NCBI GenBank assembly: GCA_027021705.1
Contig: JALUTT010000124.1
Location: forward strand, 1-28,228
DNA: 28,228 bases
Source: Anaerolineae bacterium
Lineage (GTDB): Bacteria > Chloroflexota > Anaerolineae > S140-20
Direction: 5' to 3'
A program made the position numbers and the translations under genes. Below, one piece after another: positions 24,042 through 28,228 of the stretch (position 1 is the stretch's first letter; every line of letters starts with the position of its first letter). A model generated the notes under the pieces. That model ran no database searches. It was not told the DNA's origin and worked only from the letters and a program-made list of their open reading frames with translations.

Positions 24042-24967
24042 ATGAAGGTCACTTGCTTGCGCGAGGAGCTTTACAAGACCCTGGGCGTACTGCGTGGAGT
24101 CCAAGTGGGGCCGATGGTTTCCCACACGCTCATCACCGCCGACGAAAACGGCCTGACCCTCGCCGTGGCAGGTCTGGAACTGTACGCCCGGCGGCAGATC
24201 GAGGCAAAGGTGGAGGAGTCCGAGGGCGAAGTGGCCGTGCCCACCAAGTACCTCTACGAGATCGTAAAGTCTGCCCCCGGAGACGTGATCACCCTTGAGG
24301 CGGAGGCAGAAGATCTCTTGAACATCCGTTCCACGGGGTATCGGGCCACCCTTCGCGGGTTTCCCGACGTGTATCCGAATCCACGGATGCCCGTTACCGA
24401 GGACGCCGAATCCGTCGGCGTGAACGCGGAGGCCTTCCGAGCGATGCTGAACCGAGTGATCTTCGCGGTCTCGGACCGGCACTTGGTTCTCGGGAACGTA
24501 TTCGTTCAGTTCGAGGGGAACACGGTGGCCCTGGCGGCCTCGGACGGCGTCAGGCTGGCCTATTGCTCCGCCAACGGTGATCCCTCCCCCTCGGCCCGCG
24601 CCATCCTGGTTCCCCTGTCCGCGATGAAGCTGCTGAAATCCGTCCTCGCCCTGGACGGGGCGGAGTCGCTTGCCATCGTCTACGCCACGCGGCAGACCTC
24701 GACGTCGGGGGTTCAAGGAATGTCCGAGACCGAGTACGTCCGCTTTGTGACGGGACAGACCACGGTGGTCGCAAACCTGTACTCGGCGGAGTATCCCGAC
24801 TTCCGTAAGGTTATCCCCGACCCCCAAAAATCGAGGCGCTCTCTGCCATCGGCTCCCCCGATGTGGTTGTGGAGCTGTTCCCCCCTCGACAGCCGATGGT
24901 CATACGGCCTGCCGACGACGACGGTCTTAACTACGTCTACGTGGTGATGCCGATGGTTGCTTCCTGA
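24042..24967 (+). pseudogene. dnaN: DNA polymerase III beta sliding clamp with internal out-of-frame deletion in domain III
   Basis: GEVAVP..YL.EIVK, ASDGVRLA, YPDFRKVIP; at about 24830 jumps frame to IEALSAIG...YVYVVMPM, the clamp C-terminus. Confidence 0.85.
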
Positions 24968-24998
24968 TCGGCGGTTTTCCCCCCCCTCTCCCTCCCTT

Positions 24999-25104
24999 CG
25001 GGGCGGACGGCAAGGAGCCAATGCCGTCCGCCCCGTTCGTTTCGTTCGATGTGCCTCTTGGGGAAGCGGAGCAGGGGGCCGCCGGTGCTGCCCCCTGCTC
25101 CGCT
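24999..25104 (+). terminator. Two long perfect hairpins between dnaN and uvrD
   Basis: 14-bp stem 24999-25035 followed by TTCGTTTCGTT; 15-bp stem 25065-25104 just before the RBS. Confidence 0.6.
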
Positions 25105-25131
25105 CTTGAGTAACGCAAGGAGGTAAGGACG

Positions 25132-26955
25132 GTGAACAACGATGGGTGGGACTGGCTGGACGAATTGGGTCTCACAGATGAACAGAAAGAGGCCGTCCGC
25201 CATCCGGGGCCTGTGGCCCTCGTGGCCCCTCCCGGCAGCGGCAAGACCGCCGTCCTGACGGCCCGACTTGAGGCCCTGGTCAGGCGGGGGGAGGGCCACG
25301 CCACGCTGGCCCTGACCTTCACCCGGTCGGCAGCCCGGGAGATGCGGGAGCGGATCGCCGACCGGGTCTCCGAGGAGGACGTGAAGGCCGTAACCATAGG
25401 GACTTTCCACTCGGTCGCCTACGGCATCGTCCGAGCCCACTATCGGGACCTGGGCCTGGACGAGGAGCCCGGGGTGGCCGATGAGGAGTTTGCCCGCTAC
25501 CTGGCCCACCGGGCCTGGAAGCAGGCCGGTGAGCCGGGGGTCTTCGACCTCGTATGGGACGCCATCCGGGAGGCCAAAGGGGCCGGGCGGTGTCCCGAGG
25601 AGGAACCGGCATCCCAGGTGTACGAGCTCTACCGGGAGGAACTGCGGCGCTTCGGGATGGTGGACTTCGACGACTTGATCTTCCTGGCCCTCGAAGTCCT
25701 GATGGACACCGACACCCCGTTCGCCCACCTGTTCCAACACGTGCTGGTGGACGAGTTCCAGGACACAAACGAGGCTCAGTTGCTCCTCCTGGAGCGCCTG
25801 GCGAACGGGGAGGACGTCTTCGCCGTCGGGGATCCTCTCCAGAGCATCTACGGCTGGAGGGGGGCCATCGGCGACGTGGCCGTTTTCATCGATATATTCG
25901 GGGGGGAGGTCCTCCATCTGACGGAGGACTTCCGCAATCCGTCGGTCATCACCACCTTGGCCCGGCGTGTGGCCGCCGAGGTCTCGTCTCCTCCCACGCT
26001 GATTCCTCGGTGGACCGGCGGGGCGATCTCGATCCACCGCCACGACGACGACGGCGAGGAGGCCCGGTGGGTCGCCGAACGGGTTGCCGCCCTGCTCCGG
26101 CGGGGAATCCCCCCCAGGAGCATCGCCGTCCTGGCCCGCACCCACCGGGTGGTGGCGCGGGTGGAGATGACCTTGCGCCGGCGGGAGATTCCCGTCCGAC
26201 CGTTGGGGGAATCTCTCCTGCGCCGGTGGGAGGCACGGCACATTCTGGCGTACCTCTCCGCCCTCCTGACCGAGGACGAGGAGACACTGGAAAGGATCGT
26301 CAACGTGCCCCCTCGGCTCTCTCCGGCGTCCCTCGAGCGTCTGCGCCGGCGGGGGTTCTCCCTCTCCGCCTTGGCAGAGGAGTTGGAGAGGGGTAAACTA
26401 CGGGAGGAGGAGCAGGCTGCCCTGGCCGCCTTTCTGGAGGCATTCCGCGATCTGCGGGAGCGGGCGGCCGAGGTCCCGCTTCCCGACCTGATCCGCTTCA
26501 TTCCCCGCCGCATCGGGTACTACCGATGGCGGGGGGAACGGGGAGACGACGTGAAGGCGGTGAGACGGACGATCAATCTGCTCGCCGCCGTCGCCGGAGA
26601 CGACGCCGGGAAGCTGATCGAGATGGCTATGCAGGACCCGGATCGGGAAGGGGTGACCGTCGGCACGGTCCACGCGGCTAAAGGGCTGGAATGGCCGACG
26701 GTCTTCGTGGTCGGCCTGGAGGAGGGTGTCTTCCCCCACCATCGTAGCCTGTCGTCCTCTTTGGCGGAGGAGTATCGCCTCTTCTACACGGCGGTTACCC
26801 GGTCCTCCGACTCTCTGCTACTCTCTTGTGCGACCTATCGGGGGGAGGGCTCCCAAAAGCGGCAGGACCCGTCTCGCTTCTTAGCCTTGGCAAAAGAGGT
26901 TCTTCAAGATGGAGAGACACGAGATCGAGGACGTGAAGGCGAGGAATCCGGTTGA
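25132..26955 (+). CDS. UvrD/PcrA-like SF1 helicase
   Basis: LTDEQ, APPGSGKT, LTFT..AA.EM..R, VLVDEFQDTN, VGDPLQSIYGWRGA, TVHAAKGLEW, RLFYTAVTR. Confidence 0.95.
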   Translation: MNNDGWDWLDELGLTDEQKEAVRHPGPVALVAPPGSGKTAVLTARLEALVRRGEGHATLALTFTRSAAREMRERIADRVSEEDVKAVTIGTFHSVAYGIVRAHYRDLGLDEEPGVADEEFARYLAHRAWKQAGEPGVFDLVWDAIREAKGAGRCPEEEPASQVYELYREELRRFGMVDFDDLIFLALEVLMDTDTPFAHLFQHVLVDEFQDTNEAQLLLLERLANGEDVFAVGDPLQSIYGWRGAIGDVAVFIDIFGGEVLHLTEDFRNPSVITTLARRVAAEVSSPPTLIPRWTGGAISIHRHDDDGEEARWVAERVAALLRRGIPPRSIAVLARTHRVVARVEMTLRRREIPVRPLGESLLRRWEARHILAYLSALLTEDEETLERIVNVPPRLSPASLERLRRRGFSLSALAEELERGKLREEEQAALAAFLEAFRDLRERAAEVPLPDLIRFIPRRIGYYRWRGERGDDVKAVRRTINLLAAVAGDDAGKLIEMAMQDPDREGVTVGTVHAAKGLEWPTVFVVGLEEGVFPHHRSLSSSLAEEYRLFYTAVTRSSDSLLLSCATYRGEGSQKRQDPSRFLALAKEVLQDGETRDRGREGEESG

Positions 26956-27940
26956 GGAAGTCGTCGCCCGTTACGTGGAGCTTCGACGGCAAGGGCGACG
27001 GTACAGAGCACTGTGCCCCTTCCACAACGACACCGACCCCTCCTTGGTCGTCTTCCCCGACGAGGGGCGGTGGTGGTGCTTCGGATGCAATACCGGAGGG
27101 GATGTTATAGACTTCGTGATGAGGGCGGAAGGGGTCTCGTTCCGAGAGGCCCTGCGCATTCTGGGACACGCCCGCCCTCTGCCGGAGGGGAAAGGCCGGC
27201 CTCGCCGCCTTCCCTCCCGTTCCGCACCCCCTCCGACCTCCACGGCGCTCAACGATGCACGGCGAGGGCTGCTATCGGCGGCTGCGGAGGTGTACCGTGC
27301 CGCTTTGCACCGATCCCCCCACGCCCTCGACTACCTGGCAGAGCGAGGGATCTCCCCGGACGTGGCCGGGGAGTTCAAGGTGGGGTACGGCGTGGCCCTG
27401 GCGAAATACCTGCGCTTCCGGGGCTGGGACCCTCGTCTCGCCCGGGAGTTAGGGCTGCTGGATGAGCGGGGCCGCGAGTGGTTCCGAGGGCGGATTGTCA
27501 TCCCCGAGTATCGGGATGGACGGGCCGTCTACCTGGCCGGTCGGCAGATCCCCCGGGTGGCCTCCTTCGGCCCCAAGTACCTCTTCCTCCGCAACATCCC
27601 CAAGCCTCTGTACGGCTTGGAAAGGATCCAAAACTCTCCCGACGTTTTCGTTGTGGAGGGGCTGATAGACTACTTGATCCTGTGGGGATGGGGGTATCCG
27701 ACGGTTGCCCTCCTGGGCAACCGAATCCCCCGCCGCCACGCGGAAGCGCTGAGGGGGAGACGGGTCTACCTGGTTCCCGACCGGGATGATGGAGGGCGGG
27801 AGCTGTGGCGGGAGGCCCGACGGCTGTTCCCGGAGATGAGAACGGTGGTGATGCCCGAAGGGATCAAGGACGTGGGGGAGTTGGTGCTGGTGCCCCGTGC
27901 CCATCAGGCTTTCGGGCGGTTGGTGGACAAGGCCGTGTAA
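26909..27940 (+). CDS. dnaG: DnaG-type primase (CHC2 Zn finger + TOPRIM), no C-terminal helicase-binding domain
   Basis: CPFH.D..PS...WWCFGC; FRGRIVIP; PKYL; VVEGLID; PDRD. Confidence 0.93.
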   Translation: MERHEIEDVKARNPVEEVVARYVELRRQGRRYRALCPFHNDTDPSLVVFPDEGRWWCFGCNTGGDVIDFVMRAEGVSFREALRILGHARPLPEGKGRPRRLPSRSAPPPTSTALNDARRGLLSAAAEVYRAALHRSPHALDYLAERGISPDVAGEFKVGYGVALAKYLRFRGWDPRLARELGLLDERGREWFRGRIVIPEYRDGRAVYLAGRQIPRVASFGPKYLFLRNIPKPLYGLERIQNSPDVFVVEGLIDYLILWGWGYPTVALLGNRIPRRHAEALRGRRVYLVPDRDDGGRELWREARRLFPEMRTVVMPEGIKDVGELVLVPRAHQAFGRLVDKAV

Positions 27941-27945
27941 CGAGG

Positions 27946-27977
27946 GCCTGCCTCTCATCTCCGGGTGAGAGGTGGGC
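27946..27977 (+). terminator. Hairpin after primase
   Basis: GCCTGCCTCTCATC-TCCG-GGTGAGAGGTGGGC then TGTT. Confidence 0.55.
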
Positions 27978-28228
27978 TGTTGAGTATACACACATCTTGA
28001 CACTCTCCTCACGCGGCCACGTTGGCAGTGGGGGGGGTCCAGATAGCCAAAGCGGTGGACCTGAGGGCTGTGGAAGGCGTGATCTCTATGGGCGGGTCGC
28101 GATAGGAGTTTCCCCAACGGGGATCACTCGCCATCGGCTCGATCCCGAGAATGCCGGCCAGTCCCCGGATGGTTATGTGCCGTCCGGCGTAGCGCTCAAC
28201 CGGGGGGCGCCAACCCAGGGCCGAGTGC

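Larger units (their letters stand above)
1..28228. mobile_element. Internal part of a conjugative element or plasmid (ends not in window)
   Basis: T4SS, relaxase-like, FtsK, par, TA, ssb, primase and helicase genes with no housekeeping context; no att sites or integrase seen. Confidence 0.8.

Noticed and set aside
27980..28228. ncRNA or 3' end of a minus-strand gene at the window edge
   Set aside because: Some short stems and one open minus frame, but no recognisable motif and truncated by the window
1..28228. Prophage, DGR or retron
   Set aside because: No capsid, terminase, tail or reverse transcriptase genes, and no adenine-specific repeat pair seen

Overview
GC-rich, almost entirely plus-strand segment of a conjugative or integrative mobile element or plasmid, probably from Chloroflexota (inferred from a YLPLV-type motif and a GHPDFGK-type DnaC/IstB-like ATPase). 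In order: (1) a Tad/Flp pilin module with an unannotated 52-aa Flp pilin, three TadE/G-like pseudopilins and secreted Pro/Thr- and Cys-rich proteins; (2) a Gram-positive-type T4SS block (two RHH-like proteins, two VirB2-like paralogs, VirB6/TrbL-like, PrgI, PrgI partner, VirB4 N-terminal stub); (3) further Tad genes (A24 prepilin peptidase fragment, CpaE/TadZ-like); (4) a tandem Replic_Relax relaxase-like gene, a ParA remnant, FtsK/SpoIIIE ATPase, ParR-like fragment, orphan antitoxin and ParB; (5) a replication/establishment region (DnaC-like ATPase, ssb, Phd-RelE TA pair, DUF1257-like + DUF2997-like + AAA ATPase trio, dnaN, UvrD, DnaG). The most notable non-gene signals are an apparently complete antisense-RNA attenuator at 21224-21406, a promoter-tandem repeat-terminator leader ahead of ssb, and palindromes inside parB. 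About seven abrupt gene-to-gene junctions suggest either decay by deletion or assembly artefact. No rRNA, tRNA, integrase, transposase or CRISPR-cas was seen. All family calls come from motif recognition by eye, not database searches.
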